Of a DNA stretch of 15,612 nucleotides, positions 14,398-15,612 are shown piece after piece. Positions within the stretch are counted from its first letter, which is position 1. Every line of letters starts with the position of its first letter. The notes below the pieces were generated by a model, which was given only the letters and a program-made list of their open reading frames with translations, was not told the DNA's origin and made no database searches. The stretch comes from a virus. Its lineage: Duplodnaviria > Heunggongvirae > Uroviricota > Caudoviricetes. The stretch is taken from the IMG/VR virus record IMGVR_UViG_2778261247_000017; one strand, given 5' to 3'. The translations under genes were made by a program, and so were the position numbers.

Positions 14398-15612
14398 TCA
14401 CCCGCATTTTCCGAACTCACCATGCACCACATTTCCGCCATGCTCGAGCGAATCCATATAGTCGGCATACCACTGGAGCATCTCTCGGCGACCATCCAGA
14501 TATTGCGCATGGTTGTATGTGCCACGAATTGAGTTTTTATCGACGTGTGCGAGCTGTGTCTCTATCCACGCGGTGTTATAGCCCTGCTCATGCAAAATGG
14601 TGCTCATGGTGTGCCGGAATCCATGACCAGTAACCTTTCCGTTATAGCCGATGCGTTTAAATACTTGGTTTATGCTAGCCTCGCTCATTGTTTTCCTTGG
14701 ATCATTACGGCCGGGAAACATAAGCGGATAATTGCCAGTTAATTCTTTAATCTGCCCAATAAGCGAAAGAGCCTGCTTAGACAAAGGCACCACATGAGGG
14801 CGACGCATTTTCATCCGTGAAGCAGGTATCTCCCAGATAGCCTTGTTGAGATCGATTTCATCCCATAATGCACCGCGCAGTTCGCCAGTCCGCAAACCGG
14901 TGATAATCAGTAGACGAGCCGCCATAACAACCAATGCACTTCCTGAGTAACTGGACAATGCCTTGAAAAAATCAGGTAATTCTTTGGCTGTGAGGAAAGG
15001 ATAATGATTAGATTCATGACCTTGCATCGCGCTGGTGAGATCCGGTGCAGGGTTATACTCAGCACGTCCAGTGACAATTGCATAGCGGAAAACTTCCCCG
15101 CATCGCTGCCTCACTTTTTTGGCTTTTTCGGTAGCACCGCGCCCCTCGATGCGCCGCAGCACATTCAGCAGTTCAAGTGGTTTGATTTCGGTGATTGGTT
15201 TTTTGCCAATGTAAGGGAACACATCTTTATTGAAGGCTTCGAGGATGTCTGAAGCATAACCAGCAGACCATTTTTTTAATTTGCTGCAGTGCCACTCAAG
15301 GGCAATATCTTTGAAGGTGTTGTTTAACTGCGTTTTCCGGGCAATCTTTTCCTCTCGTTTCGCTTCCATCGGATCGATACCCCCAGCGATACCCCTTTTA
15401 GCTTCTTCACGTTTTGCACGAGCATCAGCCAAGGTAACTTCAGGATACACACCTAGTGCTAACAGCTTCTCTTTACCAGCTACACGATACTTGAAGCGCC
15501 AATATTTTCCTCCACTAGGTTTTACCAAGAGATACAGACCACCACCATCAGCCAGCTTGTAAGCCTTCTCTTTTGGCTTGGCAGTGTCTATTTGACGGGC
15601 ATTGAGTTTCAC
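14398..15612 (-). CDS. int: P4-family tyrosine integrase (site-specific recombinase)
   Basis: 404 codons from a GTG at the window edge (the true start may lie just outside). N-terminal arm-binding-type region (LYLLVKPSGGKYWRFKYR) and a C-terminal catalytic region with conserved residues of this family (GLRTGELRGALWDEID, HGFRHT, LAHVD, GTYNHAQY). Confidence 0.9.
   Translation of the reverse strand: MKLNARQIDTAKPKEKAYKLADGGGLYLLVKPSGGKYWRFKYRVAGKEKLLALGVYPEVTLADARAKREEAKRGIAGGIDPMEAKREEKIARKTQLNNTFKDIALEWHCSKLKKWSAGYASDILEAFNKDVFPYIGKKPITEIKPLELLNVLRRIEGRGATEKAKKVRQRCGEVFRYAIVTGRAEYNPAPDLTSAMQGHESNHYPFLTAKELPDFFKALSSYSGSALVVMAARLLIITGLRTGELRGALWDEIDLNKAIWEIPASRMKMRRPHVVPLSKQALSLIGQIKELTGNYPLMFPGRNDPRKTMSEASINQVFKRIGYNGKVTGHGFRHTMSTILHEQGYNTAWIETQLAHVDKNSIRGTYNHAQYLDGRREMLQWYADYMDSLEHGGNVVHGEFGKCG

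Larger units (their letters stand above)
1453..15612 (-). mobile_element. integrated P4/PICI-like phage satellite (integrase, AlpA, antirepressor, primase-helicase, iteron ori, accessory cargo); right end and presumed tRNA lie beyond the window
   Basis: Gene content and order; att-like remnant at 1453-1468; integrase at the right edge; no capsid, tail, terminase-large, psu, sid or delta-like genes recognised. Confidence 0.55.

Noticed and set aside
15281-15562. 93-aa plus-strand ORF
   Set aside because: Antisense shadow of the integrase N-terminus; near-duplicate of the 856-1248 ORF because of the direct repeat.

Overview
This 15.6-kb window reads as an integrated phage-satellite-type element (P4/PICI-like) on the minus strand. 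All family assignments come from reading the translations by eye; no searches were run. From the right edge leftwards: a P4-family tyrosine integrase (14398-15612), an unknown 237-aa protein, AlpA, an AntA/KilAC-type antirepressor, a divergent control region with two inverted-repeat operators (11175-11250), six tightly coupled small genes ending in a P4-alpha-like primase/SF3 helicase (7668-9482), and directly after it an origin-like cluster of TGTTCACC octamers (7430-7660). Further left are a ProQ/FinO-domain protein with a PerC-like regulator, a small-gene operon ending in an Nu1/excisionase-type HTH protein that abuts a TTGACAC repeat array (4187-4441), and visibly AT-rich cargo. The best candidate for an undescribed system is the two-gene AT-rich cassette at 2153-3645 (297-aa soluble protein translationally coupled to a 199-aa polytopic membrane protein), which I cannot assign to any family and which sits at the att-distal end where satellites carry anti-phage cargo. 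The left side carries an att-like remnant resembling a tRNA-Thr 3' end (1453-1468), a truncated diverged integrase paralogue (963-1298) and an AT-rich MarR/PapX-like regulator gene (1-525). I saw no rRNA, tRNA, CRISPR array or transposase.
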